DNA of 64,000 nucleotides from an uncultured Roseivirgaceae bacterium (lineage in GTDB: Bacteria > Bacteroidota > Bacteroidia > Cytophagales > Cyclobacteriaceae). Every line of letters begins with the position of its first letter. The first letter of the stretch is position 1. Position numbers and translations under genes: made by a program. Under the pieces are notes generated by a model. The model ran no database searches, had not been told where the DNA came from, and saw only the letters and a program-made list of their open reading frames with translations. Below, piece after piece: positions 38,136 to 48,188 of this stretch. Where the stretch lies: positions 1,353 through 65,352 of the forward strand of contig CAZDRA010000005.1 in the NCBI GenBank assembly GCA_964507705.1, read 5' to 3'.

Positions 38136-38600
38136 ATGGCAAAGTTTAAGAAAAAATCAAATACTAGTCAGGATATCCCAACGGCAGCACTTCCAGATAT
38201 TATTTTTATGTTACTTTTCTTCTTTATGGTAACAACCGTTTTAAGGGAAACTACTATTATGGTAGAGCAATCTATACCTCAAGCTACTCAATTAAGGAAG
38301 CTTGCTCAGAAAAAATTAGTAAGTTATTTATATGTTGGTAAACCCACCGACCCCGAAAAATTTGGGAGTGAGCCTAAAATCCAAGCAAATGATGCTTTTA
38401 TCGAAGTTGATGGTATTATTCAGTTTATAGAAGAAGAAAGAGGTAAACTTGCTGAGCATGAAAGAGATTATTTGACTATGTCTCTTAAGGTAGATAATGA
38501 AACTAAAATGGGAATCATCGTAGATATTACTCAAAAAATGAGAGATGCGAATGCAAGAAAATTAATGTACGCTGCTACCCAAAGTTCTTCAGATAGATAA
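38136..38600 (+). CDS. exbD: ExbD/TolR-family biopolymer transport protein (second paralog)
   Basis: LPDIIFMLLFFFMVTT TM helix and an ExbD-like periplasmic domain. Confidence 0.8.
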   Translation: MAKFKKKSNTSQDIPTAALPDIIFMLLFFFMVTTVLRETTIMVEQSIPQATQLRKLAQKKLVSYLYVGKPTDPEKFGSEPKIQANDAFIEVDGIIQFIEEERGKLAEHERDYLTMSLKVDNETKMGIIVDITQKMRDANARKLMYAATQSSSDR

Positions 38601-38608
38601 TTGAAAAA

Positions 38609-38662
38609 CAATATTTGTATAAAAAAAGAGGCCGTATGGCCTCTTTTTTTATACAAATATTG
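38609..38662. terminator. bidirectional rho-independent terminator (25-bp perfect inverted repeat)
   Basis: caatatttgtataaaaaaagaggcc-gtat-ggcctctttttttatacaaatattg lies between convergent genes, with A/T tracts on both sides of the GC core. Confidence 0.7.
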
Positions 38663-38691
38663 TTTTGGTAACGAAATTAGTAATTAATCCA

Positions 38692-39072
38692 CTACTGTTT
38701 TCTGAATTTATAGGCCTTATTGAAATGAGTAGCAGGATCAGAAATCACTAAAATGTAATAACCTGAGTTGAACTCTTTGACATTAATTTTATATTTATTT
38801 GTGCCCTTCATATCCATACTAAAACTAATCTTATTGCCAATTATATTAAACATTTCGAATTTGACATCTTTCAATTTCGAATTTTCCAAGACTATATTAA
38901 GAAAGTCGATGGAAGGGTTAGGATATAATTCTACAATGGTTCCAATTTGAAGACTTTCTTTTTTTAAATTTAATAATTCACTTTTATTATCTTCAATTGA
39001 ATTTTGTTGTCCGTAGGATATTTGAGAAATTATAGAAAGTATTATAAATGCTGGTAAGTAAATTTTCTTCAT
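38692..39072 (-). CDS. small protein consisting of a signal peptide, short linker and T9SS type-A C-terminal sorting domain
   Basis: I place the start at 39070-39072 (MKKIYLPAFIILSIISQISYGQ). The C-terminal ~80 aa are LYPNPSIDFLNIVL...SGYYILVI..., a Por secretion tail pattern. Confidence 0.65.
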   Translation of the reverse strand: MKKIYLPAFIILSIISQISYGQQNSIEDNKSELLNLKKESLQIGTIVELYPNPSIDFLNIVLENSKLKDVKFEMFNIIGNKISFSMDMKGTNKYKINVKEFNSGYYILVISDPATHFNKAYKFRKQ

Positions 39073-39263
39073 TCCATATGGTTTATTTTCTTGGTCAATT
39101 ATGGCAAAAATCAAGCCACAATAAATTCTTGAAACTGCAATAGTAAAATTTTAAACGTAAAGGTAGTTACATTGTTTTAAATTTAAATAGTAGGATTTTT
39201 ATTTTATTAAAAATTTTATATTAATGTTAATTTATATCACAATTTCTCTCAGCACATTTTTTT

Positions 39264-39866
39264 ATGAATGATATTTTAATAGTATTTGTTAAAAACCCAA
39301 TTAAAGGGAGCGTAAAATCTAGGTTAGCAAAAACTATTGGAAATGTGAAGGCTCTATCTGTTTACAATAGATTACTGTATAGAACAAAAATAATAATATT
39401 AAACCTTATTGTGGATAAGCGAATTTGTTATTCTGATTTTATATGTAAAACTGATTTATGGGAATTATCGTCTTTTCAAAAGTCATTACAATTTGGCGAT
39501 AATCTTGGATTACGTATGTACAATGCAATAAAAGAAGCAAGTGATGAAGGTTATAGTAAAATTTGCCTTATCGGATCTGATTCAATGGAATTGACTTCTG
39601 ATATAGTTAATTCGGCATTTAATTTGCTTGATTCTCATGAGGTTGTTTTGGGTCCATCTTTAGATGGAGGATACTATCTAATAGGCATGAAGATGCCAAT
39701 CGAAACTATATTTATTGATATTGATTGGAGTACAGAATTAGTTTTAATACAAACTAAAAAAAAGCTTGAAATTTTGAAATTGGGTTACATATTGCTCCCT
39801 GTTTTAAATGATATTGATGAAATAGATGATATCAATGATGCAGATAGAGATTACCTTCTTTCTTAG
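39264..39866 (+). CDS. DUF2064/TIGR04282-family glycosyltransferase-like protein
   Basis: ILIVFVKNPIKGSVKSRLA N terminus and LIGSDSMELT...VLGPSLDGGYYLIGMK, characteristic of DUF2064. Confidence 0.7.
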   Translation: MNDILIVFVKNPIKGSVKSRLAKTIGNVKALSVYNRLLYRTKIIILNLIVDKRICYSDFICKTDLWELSSFQKSLQFGDNLGLRMYNAIKEASDEGYSKICLIGSDSMELTSDIVNSAFNLLDSHEVVLGPSLDGGYYLIGMKMPIETIFIDIDWSTELVLIQTKKKLEILKLGYILLPVLNDIDEIDDINDADRDYLLS

Positions 39867-39934
39867 ATTGTCAATTTAACTACCACATTTATTTGCGTTT
39901 GTTTAAATAATAAATAATGGGGTAGCAAGTAATT

Positions 39935-40615
39935 CTAAACAAGTAAATCCATATCTCTAATTAAGATCCTTCGACGATCAAAATTTATAATATTTTTCTC
40001 TTTGAGTTCATTTAAAATAGTTGTTACAGTTTGTCTACTTGTACCTGTCAATGATGCAATATCTTTGTGTGTCAAGTAGTTTTTCATCATTGTTTCAAAT
40101 CCAACTTTTTTTCCTTTTTCATTTGCCCAATCTCGCAAAAACTCAACTATTCTTGTACGAGAGTCTTTAAACACCAAGGATTCAATTTTCCTCTCCATTT
40201 TCTTTATTCTGAGTCCAAGTAATTTATATATTTTAAAATTTAGAGCTTTATTTTGAGCCATAAGCTCTTTCATTTCTTCAATATTCATTGGGCAAATAGT
40301 AGTATTATCGTCCATTGATTGAGAAAAATCAGATCTTTTTTCCTGACCAATTAAAGCGAGTTCACCAAATATTTCTCCTGCTGAAAGAATAGCTTTTGTT
40401 ATTTCTCGACCATCCTCAGTATAGCTTCCTATTTTTACCCTGCCTTCAGCTATTAAATAAATATGATCTGACTGTTCATCTTCAAAATAGATAAAGGAGT
40501 CTTTCGAATATTTATGAAAAGTATGTTTGTCTTTCATTGATGGTACTTTATGAGGGCAAAGGACATTGTATAGATCAATGTCCTCAAAGTACCATATATT
40601 GCTCTTATTGTTCAT
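39935..40615 (-). CDS. Crp/Fnr-family transcriptional regulator
   Basis: cNMP-binding beta-barrel (GEIFGELALIG) and C-terminal HTH IASLTGTSRQTVTTILNELK. Confidence 0.85.
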   Translation of the reverse strand: MNNKSNIWYFEDIDLYNVLCPHKVPSMKDKHTFHKYSKDSFIYFEDEQSDHIYLIAEGRVKIGSYTEDGREITKAILSAGEIFGELALIGQEKRSDFSQSMDDNTTICPMNIEEMKELMAQNKALNFKIYKLLGLRIKKMERKIESLVFKDSRTRIVEFLRDWANEKGKKVGFETMMKNYLTHKDIASLTGTSRQTVTTILNELKEKNIINFDRRRILIRDMDLLV

Positions 40616-40643
40616 ATAGGATATATTTTATATTGATAGTATA

Positions 40644-40671
40644 AACTTAATAAGTTATACCTTATTAAGTT
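40644..40671. promoter_or_regulatory. 11-bp perfect inverted repeat upstream of the Crp/Fnr-family gene
   Basis: aacttaataag-ttatac-cttattaagtt, 29-56 bp upstream of the regulator start codon. Confidence 0.3.
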
Positions 40672-40855
40672 AAATGTGAGTGAAATTGTTTAGCAATTCC
40701 ATGCACAAGTTAGACTTAAATGATCTAAAATTGATGTCACTTAACGTCTTTTAATAGTTTTCATTAACACAAAAAAATGAATTATAATAAATGTTTTGTC
40801 GCTTTATATTTTTATAAAAAAATTACTTGTCAATTAATGTGCAATACAAGATTTA

Positions 40856-41308
40856 TCAATTTGTGGCATCAAATTTAGGGAAGTGATTTATAAATGTTGG
40901 TTTTTTGATTTTGTAATCCATTTTACAAACAATATTATTAAGCCCATTTGTTAAAGCTATGTATTTCGATTTATAATGTTGGTTATATACTGAGACCTGG
41001 TCCATAGATTTTTGCCCCAAAATTATTTTAGATGATTTGCATTCGACTACTAAAAATATTTCTCCTTGGCGGTTATAAACTACAATATCACTTCTTTTGA
41101 TCATCTTATTTACTTTCATTCCATCTTCAACAGTAATCAATGATTTAGGGTAATTCATCTGGTTTAAGAGATAGTGAATTAGGTGTTGCCTCACCCATTC
41201 TTCTGGTGTCAGAACAATAAATTTCTTTCTTATAATATCAAAAATAGTATGCTTTCCATTGGTTTTTTTTATTCTATAATCGAAAGGAGGAAAGATTAGA
41301 TCATTCAT
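40856..41308 (-). CDS. stand-alone HsdR-N-terminal-like PD-(D/E)xK nuclease-fold protein
   Basis: EEWVRQHLIHYLL...SDIVVYNRQGEIFLVVECKS shows a D...E-x-K motif, as in the type I restriction enzyme R N-terminal domain. Confidence 0.7.
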   Translation of the reverse strand: MNDLIFPPFDYRIKKTNGKHTIFDIIRKKFIVLTPEEWVRQHLIHYLLNQMNYPKSLITVEDGMKVNKMIKRSDIVVYNRQGEIFLVVECKSSKIILGQKSMDQVSVYNQHYKSKYIALTNGLNNIVCKMDYKIKKPTFINHFPKFDATN

Positions 41309-41399
41309 GTAATTTTGCTTTAAATTTTAATACAAAGATTCTGTTGGTTCTTCAAAATCAAATGTATTTATTTGGCACTGATTTTTATAATTTAATTTT

Positions 41400-43184
41400 A
41401 TGATAGCTGAAAACATTCAGCCGTGGTTCGTTATTTTTATTGTTTTTGTCATATTCCTATTAATATATAAGGAATACCTGAAGGCATCTGTAAGTTTTTT
41501 ATTGGCAGTCCTGCTTTTTTCTATTACAGGTATTCTTACTCCATCAGAGGTGTTATCCGGATTCTCTAATGAATCTATTGCGAGTATATTAATGCTTATT
41601 TTGATTACTACCGGATTACGGAAAAATTTTCAATTAGAATATTTATTCGATGTGATTTTCAGCAAGGCAAAAACCTATAGAGGGTTTATGTTTCGTATGA
41701 TGAGCCAGGTTGCGGTATTAAGTTCTATAGTAAATAACACTCCCGTAGTTGCCTTAATGACTCCTTATGTTGTTGATTGGGGTAAAAAGCATAATATCGC
41801 TCCGTCCAGACTCCTGATTCCTTTGTCATATGCTACAATAATGGGAGGGATGTTGACATTAATTGGCACATCAACTACGCTTGTCCTAAATGGTTTTTTG
41901 CAAGATTATGGTCATCCTTCTCTATTGTTTGAAGATTTATTTATTATAGGCTTGTCAGTAACCATAACCGGGATACTTTTTATTTTATTTATTGGGTATA
42001 AATTATTGCCTGATCACAAAGATATATTAGAAACATATTCTGAAAATAAAACAGAGTACATTGTGGAAACCAGGCTATTGTCCAGTTCCAACCTTATAGG
42101 TAAAAATTTGGTTGAGGCAGGAATGAGAAACCTGAAAGGGGTATTTCTTGTTGAGATATTACGTGGAGCAAGAATAATATCTCCTGTTGGGCCTAGCGAG
42201 ATTTTGGCAAAGGGCGATATTTTATTTTTTGCTGGAAATACCAAAGATATTGTAGATCTTATTAATTCAGATTTGGGGATCGAATTGCCATCGGCTGCCA
42301 GATCGTATGATAGTGACAATGCCGAAGTTGTTGAAACTGTAATGAAGAATAATTCCAGTTTGATCAATTCTACAGTAAAACAAAGTGATTTTAGAAATAG
42401 ATATAATGCAGCTATTGTTGCAATACATCGAAATGGCAAAAAGGTAAGTGGAAGAATTGGAGACATTGTGTTGCAGGCAGGTGATTTACTTTTACTTTAT
42501 ACCGGATCAGATTTTAGAAATAGAGTAGAAATATACAGAGATCTTTTTGTGGTTTCTAAAATACAAAACATAGTAAAGCCAGGGAATAAAAAATATTATG
42601 CGCTGGGAATAATGGCAATATGTACAATAATTCTTTTGACATTTAGCCAGCTTACTCTTTTCCCTGCCTTAATGATAATAATTTGTATCATGATAGGGTT
42701 TAATCTTATCACAAGCCATGATGTAAAAAGAGAGTTGGATTTGAATATGATCATTATCCTTGTTTTTTCGTTGGCGATCGGGCAGGCCATTATAAAAACA
42801 AATGCAGGTAATATGGTCGCTATGAGTTTAATTGACTTATTAGCGCCTTATGGAAATATTTCTATCTTGGTTGGATTATTGATTATCACCAATTTGTTGG
42901 CCTCATTTATTGGAAATGTTGGGGCTGTTTCTATTTCATTTCCATTGGCCTATGCCATAAGCAATAATTTAGGTATTGATGGGCAACCCTTTTTTTTAAC
43001 CATAGCCTATGCAGCTTCAGCAGCCTTTCTCACACCCATTAGCTATCAGACCAACCTGATTATATTCGGACCAGGAGGATATAAATTCAAAGATTTTTTT
43101 AGAATTGGCTTACCGGTAAATATCATTTATTTGTCTGTTGCCCTTTCAGTAATTATTTATCGCTACAAAGAGATTCTTTTTTAA
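41400..43184 (+). CDS. SLC13/DASS-family permease with two central TrkA-C domains
   Basis: 594 aa. Two transmembrane halves are separated by two RCK_C/TrkA-C-like repeats (NLIGKNLVEAGMRN... and SLINSTVKQSDFRNRYN...). Confidence 0.85.
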   Translation: MIAENIQPWFVIFIVFVIFLLIYKEYLKASVSFLLAVLLFSITGILTPSEVLSGFSNESIASILMLILITTGLRKNFQLEYLFDVIFSKAKTYRGFMFRMMSQVAVLSSIVNNTPVVALMTPYVVDWGKKHNIAPSRLLIPLSYATIMGGMLTLIGTSTTLVLNGFLQDYGHPSLLFEDLFIIGLSVTITGILFILFIGYKLLPDHKDILETYSENKTEYIVETRLLSSSNLIGKNLVEAGMRNLKGVFLVEILRGARIISPVGPSEILAKGDILFFAGNTKDIVDLINSDLGIELPSAARSYDSDNAEVVETVMKNNSSLINSTVKQSDFRNRYNAAIVAIHRNGKKVSGRIGDIVLQAGDLLLLYTGSDFRNRVEIYRDLFVVSKIQNIVKPGNKKYYALGIMAICTIILLTFSQLTLFPALMIIICIMIGFNLITSHDVKRELDLNMIIILVFSLAIGQAIIKTNAGNMVAMSLIDLLAPYGNISILVGLLIITNLLASFIGNVGAVSISFPLAYAISNNLGIDGQPFFLTIAYAASAAFLTPISYQTNLIIFGPGGYKFKDFFRIGLPVNIIYLSVALSVIIYRYKEILF

Positions 43185-43196
43185 CTGTTAGAAGTT

Positions 43197-44642
43197 TTAA
43201 AATTCAGCACTTCCAGGTGTTCTTGGAAAAGGGATAACATCTCGGATGTTTTTCATGCCGGTTACAAATATCATTAATCGTTCAAAACCCAGTCCAAAGC
43301 CGCTATGTGGTGCAGTTCCAAATTTTCTGGTTTCTAAATACCACCACATGCTCTCATGCGGAATATCAATTTCATCCATTCTTGCTTTCAGTAAATCGTA
43401 TCGCTCTTCCCTTTGCGATCCTCCAACAATTTCGCCTATCCCAGGGAATAAAATATCCATGGCTCTTACTGTTTTGCCATCGTCATTCTGACGCATATAA
43501 AATGCTTTTATATTTTTTGGGTAATCGTATAAAATTACTGGCTTTTTGAAGTGTTTTTCTACCAAAAAGCGTTCGTGCTCAGATTGCAGGTCAGCGCCCC
43601 ATTCATAAATCAAATATTTAAAGCGTTTCTTTTTGTTGGGTTTAGAATTTCTTAATATTCCAATGGCATCTGTATAGGTAACTCTTTCGAAATCTTGATC
43701 CACTACAAACTGCAAGCGTTCCATCAAGGAAAACTCACTTCTATCTTCCTTTTTCATATTTTTCTCTTCTTCAAGAAGTCTGTTATTGAGGAAGTTTAAA
43801 TCATCCTTGCAATTGTCCAATGCATATTTAGCAAGAAACTTCAAGAATTCTTCAGCAAGATCCATATTGTCATCGATGTCGCAGAATGCCATTTCAGGCT
43901 CTATCATCCAGAATTCAGCCAAGTGTCTGGTAGTATTGGAGTTTTCAGCCCTGAAAGTTGGGCCAAAAGTATAAATATCAGAAAGCGCCATAGCTGCAAG
44001 CTCACCTTCAAGCTGACCTGATACAGTCAGATTGGTCTCATGGCCAAAAAAATCTTTTGAGAAATCTACTTTACCGTCCTCTGTTTTAGGAGGGTTTTCA
44101 GGATTTAGAGTAGATACTCTGAACATTTCACCAGCACCTTCTGCATCAGATCCTGTGATGATTGGCGTATGCAGATTGTAAAATCCTTTGTCATTGAAAA
44201 ATTTGTGGACAGCAAATATCATCGCATGCCTCACTCTGAATATTGCGCCAAATGTATTCGTTCTGGGTCTGAGGTGAGCAATCTCTCTTAAAAACTCCAG
44301 TGTGTGTCTTTTTGGTTGTAAAGGATATTCTTCTGGGTTTGCCTCCCCTAAAATTTCTAATTCAGAAACCAATAATTCTACTGTCTGTCCTTTGCCCTGA
44401 GATGCTACAATCTCTCCTTTTGCAGAAATACAAGCACCTGTTGTCACAAGTTTCATAAGCTGCTCGTCAATTATTTCCAGATCAGCAATTGCTTGAATAT
44501 TTTGAATAGTAGAGCCATCATTAATGGCAATGAATGCAATATTTTTATTTCCTCTCTTTGTTCTTACCCATCCTTTTACAATTGCTTCTTCACCAATTTT
44601 AGGGTCTGATAACAAAAGTTTAATTTTTGTACGTTTTGCCAT
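43197..44642 (-). CDS. asnS: asparagine--tRNA ligase
   Basis: OB-fold N terminus and class II motifs [19 protein letters not shown] and [13 protein letters not shown] prefer the ATG at 44640-44642 over the upstream GTG. Confidence 0.92.
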   Translation of the reverse strand: MAKRTKIKLLLSDPKIGEEAIVKGWVRTKRGNKNIAFIAINDGSTIQNIQAIADLEIIDEQLMKLVTTGACISAKGEIVASQGKGQTVELLVSELEILGEANPEEYPLQPKRHTLEFLREIAHLRPRTNTFGAIFRVRHAMIFAVHKFFNDKGFYNLHTPIITGSDAEGAGEMFRVSTLNPENPPKTEDGKVDFSKDFFGHETNLTVSGQLEGELAAMALSDIYTFGPTFRAENSNTTRHLAEFWMIEPEMAFCDIDDNMDLAEEFLKFLAKYALDNCKDDLNFLNNRLLEEEKNMKKEDRSEFSLMERLQFVVDQDFERVTYTDAIGILRNSKPNKKKRFKYLIYEWGADLQSEHERFLVEKHFKKPVILYDYPKNIKAFYMRQNDDGKTVRAMDILFPGIGEIVGGSQREERYDLLKARMDEIDIPHESMWWYLETRKFGTAPHSGFGLGFERLMIFVTGMKNIRDVIPFPRTPGSAEF

Positions 44643-44882
44643 AATCACGTAAGTAATTTTATAATCTGAAATTCATCTGAGAATTATTTTGACCAGGTCA
44701 CTATTTCAAATAGTTTTTTGCCAGAATAATCAGTTTAAAAAGAAGCGCAAATTTAATAAAAGAATTGAACCTAGTTGGGTTAAGTCTTGTTTATTGATTT
44801 GGAATATAATCCACTCAAAACTTTATTTAAAGAATCAAGTAATTGTATTAAATTTGAAAAATTAGAAAACGATTAACCTTTG

Positions 44883-46331
44883 ATGCAAAAATTAGGATTA
44901 ATTCAGACCTTAGGTCAAAAGCTATCTCCACAACAGATACAATTTATAAAGTTACTCCAAGTTCCAACGATTGAGCTTAATACACGTATTGAGGAAGAAT
45001 TGGAGTCAAATCCTGCATTGGAAGAAGGTGTTGAAGTACAAGATGATCAAGTTGAGCAAACGGATGAGTTTGATGAGAAAGTGGAAACGAGTGAAGAAGA
45101 TATAAGCTTTGAAGACTATCTTCATGATGATTATAGTGGTTATAAAATGCAGGGTGATGGAAGTAATCCTGATGAGGAAGATAAAGATTTTCCTTTAGCC
45201 ACATCTTCAACTTTAAATGAGCATCTCATTTCACAGCTTGGATTCTTTGGTTTGGATGAACGAAGAGAGATTATTGGCACGCAACTAATCGGAAGCATTG
45301 AAAATGACGGATATGTTCGGAGAGATTTAGATTCTATAATTAATGACCTTGCTTTCAGTATGAACATCGAAACTGATATTGACGAAATCGAAGAAATATT
45401 AAGAAAAATCCAGACGTTTGACCCTCCCGGAATAGCCGCTCGAAACCTTCAGGAATGTTTGTTGCTCCAGTTGGAAAGAAAATTGGATCATACACCAGAG
45501 GTTGAACTGGCAATAAATATAATTGACAACTGCTTTACCGATTTTACTAAAAAACACTATGAAAAAATCGTAAAAAAACTAAATATTGAAGACGAAGAAG
45601 AACTTAAAAAGGCAATAAATTTAATTACTAAACTCAATCCAAAACCAGGTGGGTCTTCCTCTGGAGAATTAGTAAAAACCCAATATTTGATCCCGGATTT
45701 TTTGGCATCAAACAATAATGGTAAAATTGATCTCACGCTCAATTCCAGAAATGCACCCGAATTAAAGGTTTCACGATCTTATTCCGAAATGATGGATACT
45801 TATAGTAAGACAAAGAAGAAGGATAAAAAACTAAGGGAAACAGCCACATTTGTAAAACAAAAGCTCGATTCTGCCAAATGGTTTATAGATGCCATCAAGC
45901 AAAGACAGCAAACTTTACTAAACACCATGCGTGCCATCATAAATTTTCAATATGATTTTTTTCTTACGGGAGATGAGAGCAAACTTCGGCCCATGATTTT
46001 AAAAGATATAGCAATTCAAATAAATATGGATATTTCTACTATTTCCAGGGTGGCAAATAGTAAATCCATTCAAACGGAGTTTGGCTTATTCCCATTAAAA
46101 TATTTCTTTTCTGAGGGGATTTCAACCGCATCTGGAGAGGATGTTAGTAGCAGGGAGGTGAAGAATTATCTTAAAGAATTAATTGATAGCGAAGATAAGA
46201 AAAAACCATATTCGGATGATAAATTAGAGAAGTCGTTAAAACAAAAAGGATACAATATCGCACGAAGAACAGTTGCCAAATACAGGGAACAACTTAATAT
46301 CCCTGTTGCCAGACTTAGAAAAGAATTATAG
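44883..46331 (+). CDS. rpoN: RNA polymerase sigma-54 factor
   Basis: N-terminal Gln-rich region I (LSPQQIQFIKLLQ), an acidic region II, and the C-terminal RpoN box ARRTVAKYREQLNIP. Confidence 0.92.
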   Translation: MQKLGLIQTLGQKLSPQQIQFIKLLQVPTIELNTRIEEELESNPALEEGVEVQDDQVEQTDEFDEKVETSEEDISFEDYLHDDYSGYKMQGDGSNPDEEDKDFPLATSSTLNEHLISQLGFFGLDERREIIGTQLIGSIENDGYVRRDLDSIINDLAFSMNIETDIDEIEEILRKIQTFDPPGIAARNLQECLLLQLERKLDHTPEVELAINIIDNCFTDFTKKHYEKIVKKLNIEDEEELKKAINLITKLNPKPGGSSSGELVKTQYLIPDFLASNNNGKIDLTLNSRNAPELKVSRSYSEMMDTYSKTKKKDKKLRETATFVKQKLDSAKWFIDAIKQRQQTLLNTMRAIINFQYDFFLTGDESKLRPMILKDIAIQINMDISTISRVANSKSIQTEFGLFPLKYFFSEGISTASGEDVSSREVKNYLKELIDSEDKKKPYSDDKLEKSLKQKGYNIARRTVAKYREQLNIPVARLRKEL

Positions 46332-46951
46332 TGGGGGGTAGATTTGCGTATTTCTTATCGTTAATACTTCATCCACTATTGATGTCTTCCTATTTGTTTT
46401 TAATCTTTATCATGTTTGCTCCCTCATTGATGCAACCATTGCCACAGGAATCGCTTTGGCAAATATTGATCATTATATTTTTAGTAACATTTATCATCCC
46501 AGCTATAAGTATTGGCACATTGAGGCTTTCCAATTTTATAACTGATATAAATTTAGCGGATAAGAAACAGAGAGTAATGCCATTTCTTTTTGTCACTTGT
46601 TTTTATGGTATTGCTGCATATATGTTTTACACTAAGCTAAATTTCAATAATCTGGTATTTATAGTTTTTGCAGCCACCACTAGTTTGCTTTTTATATTAA
46701 CTATAATCACTATTTTCTGGAAAATAAGCGTACATGGTGCAGGAATTGGAGGTGTGATTGGGTTTTTAATTGCATTAAGCCAATTTTATCCAATAGCACA
46801 TTTCAAATTAATACTGGCGTTTTTTATTTTCTTATCAGGGTTGGTAATTTATTCCAGATTATCATTAAATGCCCATACGCCCAATCAAGCATTCGGTGGA
46901 TTAATCATTGGATTGCTATTTTGCTATCTCTTCTTGTATTTATTTCTATAA
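46331..46951 (+). CDS. integral membrane protein, distant PAP2-like motifs (GTG start)
   Basis: 6 TM helices. ISVHGAG and YSRLSLNAHTPNQ loosely resemble PAP2 motifs (SxH, SRx5Hx3D). The function is uncertain. Confidence 0.45.
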   Translation: MGGRFAYFLSLILHPLLMSSYLFLIFIMFAPSLMQPLPQESLWQILIIIFLVTFIIPAISIGTLRLSNFITDINLADKKQRVMPFLFVTCFYGIAAYMFYTKLNFNNLVFIVFAATTSLLFILTIITIFWKISVHGAGIGGVIGFLIALSQFYPIAHFKLILAFFIFLSGLVIYSRLSLNAHTPNQAFGGLIIGLLFCYLFLYLFL

Positions 46952-47042
46952 AGGGAGGTCTCCTGAAATTATTCTTAGATATTCCAATTGGAATATGGAT
47001 AGGTTCAAGAAATAAGTAAAAAAATTATTTGTGACAGGAATC

Positions 47043-47837
47043 TTAAAACAAGGCCAAATACAAACCAAATGTCATGGGGTACATTGTTGTTCCCATGGGG
47101 CCTTTATCCTTGTTGAATAAGTCGGAAAAGCTGTAATAGTAGTAAGCACCGAAGCCACCAAAACCGATTTTTGCATAAATGCCATAACGAAGTGAACTCA
47201 ACTCAAACTTTTCTTTTTGCTTAGTTTTTTTTGTTTCTCCGTTTTGATCATATTTAACTTTAGTTTTGCTATCAAACAAATAACCAATTTTTCCGCCAAT
47301 TGTAACTTTAAATGATCCGCGAGGATCATATTTTTTTGATCTCCATCTGAATTCCAAAGGGATATCAATATAATTTGTATTAAACTGAGATTTTTTAAAG
47401 GATGTTCCAGCTCCATAAATACTATCTAATGGGACAAATTGAACTTCACTATTTCCCAAGCTGTCCATTCCATACCCCAATGTTATGTTTTTGTCAAATG
47501 CATATTTTTCCGTTCCAAAACCAATCCCCGGATGAAAAGAAAACGATGATTCACCAATATTCATTTCGTATAGATAGTAAACATTAAATGTTCTGCTACC
47601 TGGAGTTTTAAAACTATATCCAGGAGGGTGGTCTTGAACCCAGTTATAGCCAAATTCTATCATTAAGTCACCAGGAATATCCGGACGACCCGCTTTCTCC
47701 TGAATGAGTTTGCCGGTACGATTTGCTTTATTATTTTTTGGTGTAGCTTCTTGTGCGAAAGCTGAAAATGTACAAAGCGTAAATGCAATAAAAAGTATAA
47801 AATACTTGATCCTTAATTGTGATGTAATCATGAACAT
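47043..47837 (-). CDS. outer-membrane beta-barrel protein
   Basis: Signal peptide (...CTFSAFAQ), alternating beta-strand pattern rich in aromatic and Gly residues, and a C-terminal Phe (LYLALF). Confidence 0.55.
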   Translation of the reverse strand: MFMITSQLRIKYFILFIAFTLCTFSAFAQEATPKNNKANRTGKLIQEKAGRPDIPGDLMIEFGYNWVQDHPPGYSFKTPGSRTFNVYYLYEMNIGESSFSFHPGIGFGTEKYAFDKNITLGYGMDSLGNSEVQFVPLDSIYGAGTSFKKSQFNTNYIDIPLEFRWRSKKYDPRGSFKVTIGGKIGYLFDSKTKVKYDQNGETKKTKQKEKFELSSLRYGIYAKIGFGGFGAYYYYSFSDLFNKDKGPMGTTMYPMTFGLYLALF

Positions 47838-47956
47838 AAATTAAACGGCAAAGATAGTATTTTTTAGATGACCGGAAACAAGATTTCCTTTTATAACGGG
47901 AATTAATTGTCTAAATTTGCGACCGCTTAGCAAAAATTAACATTTTTTAACAAGCT

Positions 47957-48033
47957 GGACCTGTAGCATAACTGGATAGTGCACCTGATTACGGATCAGG
48001 AGGTTGGGGGTTCGAATCCCTCCAGGTTCACCA
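47957..48033 (+). tRNA. tRNA-Arg (anticodon ACG), CCA encoded
   Basis: Hand-folded. Acceptor GGACCTG/CAGGTTC, anticodon stem CCTGA/TCAGG with loop TTACGGA, T-arm GGGGG-TTCGAAT-CCCTC, then discriminator A and CCA. Confidence 0.9.
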
Positions 48034-48188
48034 TTCATTTTTGAGTGTGAGTAGGGAGCAAGAGCAAACTACTTGTACGAAAGATTTTTTCCCTCAAAGA
48101 TCACACGCCAACTCACACATTTTCATCCTGCTTTTTGAAATACTGGTAGCTCCGCAATTCTCCCAGTTCCTCGATATTTCCCATAGGG

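Noticed and set aside
41373-41387. TGGCAC-N5-TTTA upstream of the SLC13 permease as a sigma-54 promoter
   Set aside because: The -24 element is good, but the -12 element lacks the conserved GC (TTGC). No enhancer-binding protein gene lies nearby.
46979-46996. Perfect 18-bp palindrome atattccaattggaatat between convergent genes
   Set aside because: It probably acts only as a hairpin or terminator. It is AT-rich, has no loop, and I saw no second copy in the window.
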